DNA from: Lama guanicoe
Taxonomy: Eukaryota
NCBI GenBank assembly: GCA_013239625.1
Contig: MU053365.1
Location: forward strand, 1,708,115-1,772,114
DNA length: 64,000 nt
Reading direction: 5' to 3'
In this document: piece by piece, positions 51,700-64,000 of the stretch
Numbering within the stretch: the first letter of the stretch is position 1
How the letters are laid out: each line of letters begins with the position of its first letter
Notes under the pieces: model-generated
The model's input: the letters and a program-made list of their open reading frames with translations, nothing else
What the model was told of the DNA's origin: nothing
The model's database searches: none
Position numbers and translations under genes: made by a program

Positions 51700-53145
51700 T
51701 GTTTTGTAGTTTTCTGTTCTGCGGTAGTGATTTCCACTAATCTGTCTTCTAGCTCACTGATCCGTTCTTCTGCCTCATTTTGTCTATTCTTGGTGCCTTC
51801 TAATCTGTTATTCATTTCAGTAATTATATTCTTCAAAACTTTTTTTGGGTATTTATATTTTCTAACCCTTTGCTAAAAACTTCCCCATGTGTATCTATAC
51901 TCCTGAGTTCTCTGAACATCTTTGCCATCATTACTCTAAACGTTTTCTTGGATAGATCGCCTATCTCCTCATCACTTATTTCTACTTCTTGGATTTTATC
52001 TTGTGTCTTGGCCTGGAAGATATTCCTCTGCTGCCTCATATTGTCTAACTTTCTATTTGTATTTTTAGGTAGTTTAGTTACATTTCTCAGCCTTGGGGTG
52101 GCCCACTGTGGGAGACATCCTGTGCGTCCCAGCAGTACACTTCTCCCATCACCCAAGGGCCAGGGTCCAACTGGTCCCAGTGTAGGGTCTGGCCTATGTT
52201 TGTGGATTCCTTCCACAGGCTTTGGGACTGTTGTTTTCTCATTTCTGGTATCTTCCCCTGGTGGATGAGGCTGGACTAGAGGCTTATGCTGGTTTCCTGG
52301 CAGAAGGAATTGGTGCCTGCCCACTGCTGGATAGAGCTTGGTCCTGGTCCTCTGGTGGGTAAGGCCATGTCTAAGGGCATGTCTAGAGGTGGCTGTGGGC
52401 TCAGGAAGTCAGCTGATGGGTGAGGCTGTATTCCTACCCAGAATGTTGTTTGGCCTGAGGCTTCCCAGCACTTAAACCTACAGGCTGTTGGGTGGGGCTA
52501 GGTCTTAGTGCTAATGATACAAGAAAGATGTCAGCCTCCAGAAAAGCTCATGTAGATGAACACTCCCTAAATGTCTGCCACCAGCTTTAATATCCCCAGG
52601 GTGACCTACCTCCCCAGGAGACCTTCCAAAACCAGCAAACAGGTCTGGCCCAGGTTCCTATGAATTCACTGCTTCTGCCCTTGGACCTGGTACATGTGAA
52701 ATTCTGTGTGCACTTCCCAAGAGAGTGAAGTCTGTTTCCCCAAGTCCTGTGAAGCTACTGGAGTTCAGCCCTGCTGGCCTTCAAAACCAGATGTTCTGGG
52801 ATCTCCTCCTCCCAATTCCCTGGAACCCTGGGCTGGGGAGCCTGATGTGAGGCTCAGATTTCTCACTCCTGAGGGAGGGCCTCTGCAACTTAAATATTCT
52901 TCAGCTTGTGGGTCACTCACCTGGGGTGGGCAGGTATGGGGCCTGATTATAACACAAACATGCCACTGCAACCTTCCTGCTGTGGTTCCGTCTTTATGTT
53001 TCCAGCTGAGGAAGATCTCTTTTGCTAGGTTCCCGTCTTTTTTTTTTCCAATGGTTTTTGTGGTAGTCAGTTGTGGTTTTGTTGTAGTGTCAAGGAGAGG
53101 TGAGCTCGTGGTCCTACTACTCCGCCATCTTGACTGGAAACCTCT
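51700..53145 (-). mobile_element. L1 5'UTR and ORF1 N-terminus; rest of element absent
   Basis: YY1 motif CAAGATGGCGG on the minus strand at 53132-53122; MRQQRNIFQAKTQDK...IGDLSKKTFRVMMAKMFREL resembles the ORF1p start. Confidence 0.88.
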
Positions 53146-53149
53146 TTCT

Positions 53150-54340
53150 TTCTTTCTGAGATAAAATTCAGTTATTGTAAATTTACTATTTTGAAGTGTA
53201 TAGTTCAATGTCTTTTATATTCACAAGGTTGTGCAACTATCATTGTTATCTAATTTCACAATAATTTTATTACCCAAAGAGAAAGCTCCTATGCTTTAGT
53301 TACTATTCCCCTATCCTCCCATCCCACCCAGCTTTACGAAAGTACTTTCTCTCTTTACCAATTATCCTATTTTGGACATTTTATATAAATGGCATTATAC
53401 AACATGTGGACTTTTCTTGATCTGGATTCTTTCAACTAGCATAATATTCTCAAGATTAATTGACATTGCAGCATGTATCAGTTCTTCATTTCTTTTTATG
53501 GCTGAATAATATTCCATTGTATTCGTATATAATGTTTTGTTTATCCATTTATCATCTAAAGGACATTTGGGTCATTTCCACTCTTTGGATATTATTAACA
53601 GTGCTTCTAAAAACATTTGGGGAAAAGATTTTGTGTGTATATATGTTTTCAATTTTGGGGGGTATATATGTAGGCGTAGAATTACTGAGTCTTACGATAA
53701 TTCTATGTTTTGAGAAGCTGCCAAGGTTTTCTACAGTGGCTGTTCCATTTTACTTTCCATCAATGCATGAGTACTCCATTTCTCATATCTTTGCCCATGT
53801 TTGTTGTTTTCCAGTTAAAAAACAAATTATACCCGCCCTAATGACTATGGAATGATATCTTATTGTGGTTTTTACTTGAACTCCCCTAATGACTGAAGAT
53901 ATTGAACATTTAGTGTATTTGTTAGACATTTTTATATCTTCTTTCAAGAAATGTGTATTCAGATACTTTACCCATTTTTTTAAATTGGGTTATTTGCCTT
54001 TTTATTGTTGAGTTTAAAGATTCTTTATAAATTCTGGATATTAAAATCTTAACGTATACGATTTGCAATATTTTTTCCATTCTGTATATTGTGTTTTCAC
54101 CTTCTTGATAGTGTCCTTTGACACACAAAGATTTTAAATTTTGATGGTGTCTAATTTATCTATTTTTTCCTTAGTTATATGTGTTTCTTGTGTAAGATCT
54201 AGGAAACTGTTGCTCAATCCAGAGCCCTAAATATTTACATTTGTGTTTTCTTCTAAGAGTTTTATATTATTAGTTGTTACATTTAGATATTTTATCCAGT
54301 TAGAAAGTTATATTTTGTATATGGTGTGAGGTATGGTTTT
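53150..54340 (-). mobile_element. L1MB-like 3' region
   Basis: tcacaaggttgtgcaactatc; ttcattctttttatggctgaataatattccattg-type 3'UTR motifs and ORF2 C-terminal residue. Confidence 0.85.
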
Positions 54341-55829
54341 TTGTAATCCAAGCTTATTCCAGAGCTGATGTTGGAAACCAGCATAGTGTTCATGGTCACA
54401 CCATCTACTATATGAGATATGTGTGAGGATGTCCTTTTGGGAGGTTTTCTCTAAAAGAATAAGGGTCTTGTAATTTGCACCCCAAAATTAGTACTCTGGT
54501 GAGGGTCCAATGAGCCCCCTATTTGGCATGTGTAATTATAATATCAGATAGGAAAGTCACAATTCCAAAAAGGCATGAAATCACTACATTCCACTAGAGA
54601 AGATGCATGAAAATGGTTCACCTAGTTTAGTGCCTGGCATATAGAAGGCATAAAGTCAAGTATACCAATTATCATTACTTTCTCTTATTTAACTGCTTTT
54701 ACAAAGATATAATCACTGGGGATGGTTCAATAAGCATTCACACTGTTCATGGCAAAAGACTCATTCTGGAAAATACTTGGTTGAATTGGGTTAAGGAAGC
54801 ACACATTTTTACTATAAAACAAAATAAAGCTTAATGTTCAAGATTTACAACTACTAGATTTAACTGCAGCAAACCAAACATATTAAGTAGTGTTTTTCAA
54901 AACTCAGTAAAAATCATTCCCAGAAATTATCTACTGCTAATATAATAAAGAGATAATCTATTTTCATTTAGATAAGGTCCTATGTTTTCAAGATTTAATA
55001 TAAAGAAAAATTCTTTTGATAATGTCTTGAAGATGTAAGTGGAGATTTCTGTAATATGCATTGTTTTAGATTCAACTTCCCAGCACCCACCCTGGAGGAA
55101 GTGTATTTAGCATTTCCTTAATGATACCCTCTAAATAACAAATAATATTTGTTCTGAATGGATCACACCTATAATCTACTCTTCTCTCTATTATTCTGTT
55201 ATCTTCAGCTAAATTAATCTGTTTCATCTATTCAACTCAATTGTAACCATAAAGATTTATGAGTACTTAAAAACATCTATCTCAATTGCTTTCAAATATA
55301 AAAATACTAATTTCATTATCCTTGATGCTGCTATTATTCGACTTGCATGATGCTTAATATAGGTTGTCTTCTGAAGCATTATTTGATTTTATTATTAAAT
55401 AATTTCATTTATTCCTATTTTAAAAGAATTTTACAATATAATTTGGAAATAAATTAATGTTCTTTCAGTGCTATCAGCAGGAATATTATTAAATGAGTAT
55501 GTTCTTTAGGATTATAAGTAATTGGTCTGAATGACACTCCATGTTTTAAAGAAATATCTTCCTTTATTAACCTCAATTTTGATGATACAAATCTCACACC
55601 TAATCTCACAAACATTGTGGAGAATAGTTATAGAAGATAGGAAATGTGCTCAGTGTATTTTGGTGTAAACAAAAGCACAGATGAACTCACTGATGATTCA
55701 GAGATGTGTTCGTCCATATGTGGCTCATGGAGGCCCCTGTGTTCCTACCACAGTTACCTTTAGGCCCTTCTGTGCTCCATAGCTTTGGCACAGAGTAGAA
55801 ATAGCATCCACGAATGTTAATGCTGTTTT

Positions 55830-56440
55830 ATGTCAGTGCCACTAAACAATTACTCACCACCTCATCAGGACCAAGAACTACATTATCAGTGATGGAAAGA
55901 CATAGTCTGTGTCATGGGGATTCTCAGAGTTTAGTCAGAAAAAAATGTGAGGATAGACAATTATTATATACAAACTTTAATAAATACAAGGATTTTGTGA
56001 GACATAAGGGTGCTACTAACCTGGATGAAATGAAAACTCAGATTTAGCAGTAAAGTTTAGTTTTTAAGAACAAATAATTGTAAGAAGTCAAAGAATAAAT
56101 TGGACAATTCCTTCTTGAGGATATGTGGAGGCTTCTGAGAGAGGGTGACATTTGAGTTGTTAGATTTCACAGGTCTGTGGCTAAGCTCAGGGGAAATGCT
56201 GGGTCCCTGTCTCACGTGACCATAGTAGTAACAGCTGATATAGCCCATAGCATTTGTATATTGTGTAACAGTGTCCAAAGACTTGCATATTTATTATCTA
56301 ACTTGTGTTTTCAAACAGCAGTTTAAGAGAGCAGCAATTTCATTATTTTCCCCACATTACAGGTGAGTAAATAAGGTCTGTGATGAGTTGGGACTTGGAC
56401 ATAAGGTTTCTGGGCCTGCATTCTTTTCATTACATTATTC
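55830..56440 (-). mobile_element. L2 and MIR relics
   Basis: ggaggcttctgagagagggtgacatttgagttg (L2); cacattacaggtgagtaaataagg (MIR reverse). Confidence 0.55.
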
Positions 56441-56740
56441 TATGTCAATGTTTGATAATATTTTAAAAATATAATGTACAGATACCAAGCACAGTGTAAA
56501 GGGAAGAAGCCAATGTTCAGGGGACTGGAGAGCAACTGGACATAGAGGCTTTTGTTGAAGTGGATAAATGGGAAGTTGACAGAATTGTTCTTGACAAGAT
56601 GGTGAGGGAGCCCAGGCTACTGCCTCGTTTCATCAACCCAACCCTATTGGTGAGGTAGGGAGGTTGAGCAAATTCAGAGATGCATTTACCAATGAACACA
56701 GTCTTGAAGGAGATGCCTAACTATAATAGAGTGTAGTTGG

Positions 56741-56742
<2 letters not shown>

Positions 56743-56782
<40 letters not shown>
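56743..56782. repeat. (TG)n microsatellite
   Basis: Seen directly. Confidence 0.95.
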
Positions 56783-56783
<1 letters not shown>

Positions 56784-56788
56784 GGGGA

Positions 56789-57121
56789 TACTATGGACTG
56801 TGTTTGTGTTTTGAAACCCTAATCCTCAATATGATGGTATTTAGAGATGAGACCTATGGGAGGTAATTAGATTATGAGGATGGAGCCTTCATGAGAAGAG
56901 ACAGGAGAGAGATTGCTTCATTCTCTGCTCTTTGTTCTGTGAGGACACAAGAACATAGACATTTGCAAACCAGAAAGAGGTCTCTCACCAAGAACCAAAT
57001 CTGTTGGCACTTTGGTCTTCAGATTCACAGCTTCCAGACCTATGAGAAATAGATGTTGTTTAAGACATCTTGTTGATGGATTTCTTTTTTTTTTTTTAAC
57101 CACAGCAGCCCAAGCTGACAA
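56789..57121 (+). mobile_element. MLT1A-type MaLR solo LTR
   Basis: tgaaaccctaatcctcaatatgatggtatttagag...tgtgaggacaca...cagcttccagacctatgagaaatagatg...cagcagcccaagctgac. Confidence 0.85.
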
Positions 57122-57399
57122 AGAAGGTGGCAGGGCAGGAGGGGGAACAGGAGGGAGGTTGGGGTTGAAACTTTATGGTTGTTTTTGTTGTACACATTTC
57201 CTTGGATACAAGCAGTACCAGATAAAATAATAAAGAAAAAGGATATAGAGGAGGATGGTGAGGAAGAGAAAAAGAATGAATTGAAGGAAGAATGTAGATA
57301 AAGATAAAAACAAAGAGTAGAAATAGGGGGAAAGCCTCTGATGTGGTGAGTCAAATAGGCACGGAAGGGGGGAAGGGGAAAATACCATTTGAAGTGCTG

Positions 57400-59730
57400 A
57401 AGGTCCTATCTGACTGGGAGCAAGGCATAGGCATTTTATAAGGCTGAGACATTGATAATGAACAATAAACATAAGTTTTAGGTCTTAATAGAATAAAGGT
57501 AACCAATACAAAAATAAAAGTAGGATGTTCATCGTTAAGCAAGCAGAAGAAAACAGACTCTGTAAAGTGGAAGATAAGAGTGACAGAAAGGAGGAATACC
57601 ATCTAGAAATGAAGTGTCTATGAGAGATGCATTTCATGGAAAGGTGATACAGAGAGACTGCAAATAAAAAGATGCCATATGGTGAAAGATTAAAACAGCC
57701 AAAGAAAATCAAAATCAGAAAGAATAAAGCAAGGTAACAGAACTAAGGTCAAATACTGTATCATAAGAAGTAAGAAGAAAATTAAGGAATAAAGGGATAC
57801 ACCATAATATTTCAAAGGGAAGTGAAGGTAAACATTTTATTATCAGATGAATAAGGTATGAAAGCGAAAACGTCAAGGACAAAGAAGGAGACGATGCGCT
57901 GGGAAAGAAACAATAGATCAAAATGATATAACAATCGTGGTACTAAAGTACAGACTCAAAGTATATAAAGTAGATCTGACAGAATTATAGGAGAAAGTGA
58001 ATAAGTCAGTAGCTGCTTTTGTAGAGTTTAACATAATCTACTAGAAACTGATAGATCAAAAAGACAAAATTAAGTAAATATATAGAAAATAGAGCAACAT
58101 TAGTAGAAGTATAATAAATATTACATATTTTAATATATATTAGTATATTATGTAATGTTTTATTCTATACATATATGTCTCTATACCTGTCAATACCAGC
58201 ATGCATACTTTTAAAGTATAAATGGAACTTTAAAAAATGAATTTCAAGTAATCAGCAACCTCTTTCAGAATATACTGTATGATCGTAATCCAATATCATT
58301 AGGTATGAAAAGCAAAGGATAGATTTCTATCCTCTGCTTAGGGTGCAGAAAGCTAGAAGGAACATTGCTCCCGCCTTAAAATGCTAGATAATCTGAAAAA
58401 TCACAACTTCTCTTGAACTCATCAGAGAGGATGCCAGGCAAACAACTAGCTTGAAATCTAAGAAAGGACAGGCACTTCCAGGAGAGATGGGCTGTGAGCA
58501 CTGCTTACCCGGGGTAGATGCTTGATGCATAAACTATAAAGAAAATATAGTGAACGTATTTTGAAGAACTACTGAAGGCTGTGTGGGCTAGCCTGAAGGT
58601 ACAGAACTCCTGGGGCCTGTAGACACAATGAAAACGCAGACTAATTGCAGACCCTTCTCCGTGAGCTTCTCTGGGTGATTATGAGAATGGATTAAGGAAG
58701 ACCTAGAGACCAGAGAAACTCCCTCTTGGTGTAGGCCTGGCTTTGGGAATAGCGCCTCGCCCTGACTGGCCTTTATTCCTCTGTGTCCCCTATGAAACCG
58801 AAGTTTTAGAACCCCTGGTGGAAGTGCAAAAAATCCCTGTTGTCCTGAAGGCCCAGGTGAAGACCCATCGCAGCTAGGGGAAGAGAAGAGAAAAACCCCT
58901 CTGTTCCTGAGGAGTAGGATTCCATCCTGCTGGAAACCATCAGAAGGCTTCTCCAGCTTTGGGACGATCAACCTCACAGAGAAGGCCCCAACTACTGAGG
59001 CTAGATCAGACCAAGATGTGTCAATAGAAAAGCATATCAAACATTTAAGGAAGTAGAGCTACAGAGATGGATAATAAGACCATAATAGGATACTGAACAT
59101 CATTAGTCATTATGGAAATATAAATTAAAATCATAATGACAAATTAAAGTCACAATGAGAAACCATGACACATTTACTAGAATTCCTAAAATTACAAAGA
59201 TTGATCACAGCAAGCGTGTGAGGATTTGGTGGAACTGGAACTTTCACACACTACTGGTAGAACTTTAAAATTGTATAACCACTTTGGAAAAGTGGTTTGC
59301 AGTTTCTCATGAAGTTAACATATACCTACCTTGTATTCTAGATATCCAAGATAAATAAAAGCATATATCCACTAAAATACCTGTATACAAATGTTCAAAG
59401 CAGCCTTATTTGTAATAGCCAAAAAATGGAATTAAGTGCCCACTAACAGGTGGATGAATGAACCCATTTGAGCATATCCCTGCAATGTAATGCCACTAGA
59501 AAGGAATGAAATACTGATGCATGCAACAAACTGAATACATCTCAAGATGACTGTGTTGATTGAAATACGTTAGACATGACATAATACAGACGTAAAATAG
59601 TACATGCTGCATAATTCCATTTAGATAAACCTCTAGAAAATGTAAATTAAACTACAGTGACGGAAGGTAGATAAATAGTTACTTAGGTCTAAGGGGATAA
59701 CAGAGGGGGTGGAACAGAGAGACTGCAAAG
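57400..59730 (+). mobile_element. Series of old L1M fragments (ORF1/ORF2 residue, 5'UTR-like block 58330-59030, 3' end 59080-59730)
   Basis: A-rich ORF residue; cattagtcattatggaaatataaattaaaatc; ggaactggaactttcacacactactggtag. Confidence 0.7.
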
Positions 59731-60384
59731 GGGTTCTGGCCCTGACATTATGCCCACCCTAAACACGGGTAGAAACACCACATCCTTGCCTGTGTGTTAG
59801 TGTTTAAGGGGAAATTTGTCTTCAGTGCTCAGGCCTCACGCAGTCCTTATCCCCAGTGTCTGGCTGATTGTGGACCTGCTGATGTGGTCCTCAACCTGCA
59901 AGACTCCATTTTCCTCCCTTCTCACACACTTGTCTGTCCCCTTTCTTTCCCTTCTGCCCAGCATCAGAGAACTCACACAGAGACACACATATCCCCTGGA
60001 AAGAAGGTCTTTTCACAAGTCGTTGATTTTATTTTGGTCATCACCATTTATCTGTTCTGTTGTAATATTTGGCCTTTACAGGGTTGGCAGTTGGCAATGT
60101 TAGGCCTCTGGGAATAGAGCAGGTCGGTCTGTGCTCTCTGGCCCTCACACAAGAGGTACTGGCTCCACCTGAAGGACTTCAGTTTTCCCAGGTCTCTTGG
60201 TCCTGAACTGGCTGACTTTGATTCAGTTTCTCTTCCAGCCTGTGGCGATGACTAAATAGTGCTGGCCCTCTTAAAATGTTGACTTTCTTGAAGAAGCAGA
60301 AGTTGTTAGAGAAGGGCTGTTTTTACCTTCATGATTATCTTCTGCATCTGGTAGGAGAATAGAGTGATCTCAGAAGGGCATAGG

Positions 60385-60950
60385 CTTGGCAGTTTCGTGT
60401 ATAGTTAAATGTATACTTCCATGTATGCCTATATGTCCTAGGCATTCTACTCCTAAATATTTTGCAAAGAAAAATCAAAACATATGTAAACCAAAAACTC
60501 GCACGTGGATGTCCATGGCTTTATTTGTAATAATCAAAACCTGAAAATAACCCACATGGTCCTAACCTGGGTAATGGATAAACATATTTTGATACATTCA
60601 TACATTGGAATCTACTAAGCCATAAAAATGAGTTAACCACTGGTACTTGAAACTACATGGATGAATCTGAATGGCATTAGCTAATTCAAAATAATCAGAC
60701 CCAAAATAAGACATTTCAAAGAGACAAAACTACAAGGACAGACGATCTCAGTAACTTCCAGCATATGGACGTAGGAGATGTTTATTATCAATGGGGATGG
60801 GGAAATTTTTCGAGGTAATGGAACTCTTTATACCTTGAATGAGGCCATAGTTATACGACTATGTGCATTTGTGAAAACTCACAGTAATGTACACCAAAAA
60901 CTGTGAATTTGATTGCATGTGAATTGTATGTATACCTTAATTTAAAAAAT
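60385..60950 (+). mobile_element. Old L1 3' end (L1MC/ME-like)
   Basis: ggcagtttcgtgtatagttaaa...cattctactcctaaatattt...catggatgaatct...catttgtgaaaactcac. Confidence 0.8.
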
Positions 60951-61169
60951 GAGATAATTTATAATTACCCATAAGTCTGGGTTCTGAAAAAAATACTATC
61001 ATGTATATAATGCTTGGGTCCAAATGTGAATTTAGTTCCTCCGTAGCTAATCCACTATTTAATTCTTGCCTTTCCCCACCCATTTGCTTTCTTAACACTT
61101 ATATGCCTCCTGTGTGAGACATTTTATCAGTGACCTTAAATACTAATGTTTTCTAGAACAATGATTCTG

Positions 61170-61355
61170 AGAAGACAGACCAAAACACTGGAGTAAGATC
61201 CAGAACATGTGAGTTCTATTTTTGACTATGTCACCATTTCACTCCATGACTTTGCCCATCACTTCTCTCAGAGTCCGCATGTCTTTATAAAATGAGAGAG
61301 CAGGGCTAGATGATCTGGGAGGCCCCTTCTAGCATCAGTGCGTCATGATTCTATC
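61170..61355 (+). mobile_element. MIR3/MIRc-like SINE
   Basis: atgactttgcccatcacttctctcagagtc...ataaaatgagagagcagggctagatgatct...ccttctagc. Confidence 0.7.
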
Positions 61356-62223
61356 TAGAAATCAGGTTTAACATATTGAAAATTAAATAAGGAGTCTCAT
61401 AATGTTTAAAGTCATGTTTTCATCCAAGATCCCATTTGCCAATTCATTATTATGGATTATTCATGCATATAAATTTCTTCAGGCATTTTTTTCAGTTTGC
61501 GTTAAGACTTTATTCAGAACTTTGATCTTTGTTGAAAATAACCCCTTGAGCAGAAAATCCATTTAAAGGCAGAGCCAATTAATTGATGATAATTTGATAT
61601 CAGGAAGTTTTAAAGTTCATCTGAAAGTATGAAGTTCATTCTCATGTTAATATTTTCTACTTTCAGTTCAATTTTCAGTTTAGCAAATGTTTATTAAGCC
61701 CACTGTGTGTTTATATCAAGTTATTGTAATTTTAAAATTTTCGTGCAGAGTGAAACCCGTATTTCGTTCATTAAACAGTTAATGAACTACTGCAACGTGC
61801 AAAGTCAGTGCAAAGATAATACTTGTAGCCCCTGGGATAAATTAACAAGGCAGCTTGGGGCACTTAATCAGCCCAGGAGATGCAGCTGCCTCAGGTCCCA
61901 ATTAGCTAACCTGATGACATCTTTATACACCTGTAAACCATTTGTAACTGCGTTGTTTCCACCGTCACCCACAGCCAGTAGACCACTGTTATCTAAATAT
62001 CATAACCTTCAGTTCTACGAAGATGGGAAAATATAAATACTAGGCTATCGATCCAGGCAATAAGCTGGGTTCCGAGGATTACAAAGATGCATGAAATGCG
62101 GCACCTACTTTCACCAAGGTTGCAGCCTGCGGAGTGTAAAGAAATCATCATTAGAGTGTAGTATGCTAAGTGCCACAATAAAATTATGCATAACAGAGAT
62201 GTGTGTAATTGGAGCACACAGAG

Positions 62224-62575
62224 TATATTAGTTCAGGTCCTCTGAGAAGCAGACCAAGGCATGTTTAGATATGCAGGAGATCGAGTGGGTAAAATAATCA
62301 GGTGTAGGCAAGAGAGCTTCAGACAACAAAGTAGGTGTGACTTATGTGAAGGAGATGGGGAAGGGGAAGAAGTGAAAACTGGGTAAAAAGAGTTTCATAC
62401 TGCAGTGCGTTTCTCGGAGAGGTTTGGGCAGGTTGATGCCAGGAATCCTCAAGTCAAAGTTATTTACTAGAAAAGTCTACCCTTCCACAGGACGGTGCCA
62501 GAATTTATAACCAGACGTACTCAATCATTGGCTAGAAGTTTTAGGAGAAGTCAGCCGAGTGCGAAGTTGAGACGC
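62224..62575 (-). mobile_element. ERVL-type solo LTR, subfamily uncertain
   Basis: tatattagttcaggtcctctgagaagcagac...ttcagacaacaaagtaggtgtgac. Confidence 0.6.
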
Positions 62576-62619
62576 CAAGTAAGGTAAAATGGAAACAGTT
62601 TTCTCGTTTTATTTTACTT

Positions 62620-64000
62620 ACCGTAGAACTTTGGCTCCGTAATTGGGAATATTGTTGCTTATTTCAGTACCTGATTGTAGTCATGGAGTATAATGTCACC
62701 TATGGCTTTTTTTTTATTCCCTTTAGTTTTTGAAGATATTCCCAGTTGCTTTATGAAGCTGTCTTTTAAATCAAATAGTTAAAAAGGATTTATAAAGAAA
62801 ATGCATTTATCTTTTAAAAAATATATTTTCCTATATAGTTACCTCTCCTGGTGTTCTTTATTTCTTTATGTAGAATTGAATTACTGGCTAGAGTCCTTTT
62901 ATTTTAGGCTGAAGGGCTGCCTTTAGTGTTTGTTGTAGGCAGATCTGCTGAAGACAAACTGTTTTGTTTTGTTTTTTACCTACATGTCTTAATTTCTCCT
63001 TCATTTTTGAACCATAGTGTTGCTAGTTATAATATTTGTAAGGTACAGTGTTTGTCTTTAAGCGTATTAAATATGTAATCCCACTTCCTTCTGGGCTCCA
63101 TGGTTTCTGATAAGAAATCAAGTATTAATGTGCATTTCTTGTATATGATGAATGCCTCTTGCTGCTTTCATGATTATCATTCGTTTTTGACAAATTGATT
63201 ATAATGTGTCTAGGTATAGATCTCTTTCAGTTTTCCTATTTTGAGGTCACTGAGCCTCTTGAATGTGTAAATTAATGATTTTCATCAAATTCGGGAAGTT
63301 TTCAACATTTAATTCTTCAGGTAGTTTTTTCCCCTACCGTTAATGATGTCCCTAAGGTCTCTGAGGCCCTAGTCATTTTACATCGTTCTCTTCTCTTTCT
63401 GTTGCTGACAGGATGAGCTCAATTGACCAATCTACATGCTTACTAAAACTAGCTTCTGCCCTCCACAATCTGATTTTGGGAACCCTCTAGTTCATTTTTC
63501 ATTTCAGTTATTTTCCTCTTCAACTCCAAAATTTCTATTTTGTTCTTTTAAATTCTCTCTCTTAACTAATATTCTCAATTTAGTGAAACATCCATTTCCC
63601 TACATTTTTTAGTTCTTTAGACATAGTTTCCTTCAGTTCATTTAATGTATTGAAATATCTGATTTAAAGTCTTTGTTTAGAAAGTGCAATGACTGGGCTT
63701 TCTCTGGCAGTTTTTATTGATCCCCCGCCCCGCATATGAGTTGTACTGGTTTTTTGTTTGTTTCTTTGACTAATATTTTTTATAAATGGACTTTTTGATT
63801 ATAATGTGCCTACTCTAAATATCATATTCTTTCCCCATCCCAGTGTTTGTTGTTGCTGCCACTTACTGTAATTTTTGTTGTTTAGTGTTCTTTACCTTTA
63901 CCAAATTATATAATGTCCGTATTATTTTTATGTGTGGTCCCTGAAGTCTCTACTCTGTTAGCTTAGTAATCAGCTAATAATTGTACAGAGATTTATTTAA
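62620..64000 (-). mobile_element. Old L1M fragment (ORF1 and inter-ORF region), runs off the window
   Basis: cttctgggctccatggtttctgataagaaatca; ttcatcaaattcgggaagttttca; ttttcatttcagttattt. Confidence 0.8.

Noticed and set aside
51833..53208. Four ORFs of 132-163 aa as genes
   Set aside because: They lie in the GC-rich L1 5'UTR and ORF1 start, on both strands
58588..59040. 150-aa minus-strand ORF
   Set aside because: Antisense to an old L1 5'UTR-like block; no homology recognised
1..64000. CRISPR arrays, operons or defence systems; assignment to the X chromosome
   Set aside because: No regularly spaced repeats, and the DNA is mammalian; high L1 density alone cannot assign a chromosome

Overview
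AT-rich, CpG-depleted mammalian genomic DNA, most likely camelid: a tRNA-derived Vic-1-type SINE with a 16-bp TSD lies at 29567-29681. Well over half the window is interspersed repeat. It includes young and old LINE-1 fragments, L2/MIR relics, a decayed ERV1 provirus (~10.0-16.9 kb) with nested insertions, solo LTRs, and Tigger/MER and Charlie DNA-transposon derivatives. Most ORF-track entries are L1 ORF1/ORF2 pieces or their antisense shadows. No rRNA, functional tRNA, CRISPR or prokaryote-type system is visible. The main non-repeat signal is a chain of up to 8 small GT-AG exons on the minus strand, read by eye from 50188 down to 30014. Seven of them (B-H) have mutually compatible splice phases; the chain contains a few in-frame stops, and RFX X-box motifs lie just upstream. 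It is a candidate unrecognised multi-exon gene or unitary pseudogene, possibly testis/cilia-type, which I cannot name. Repeat family names come from recalled consensus sequences, not a database search, and boundaries without TSD/TIR support are approximate.
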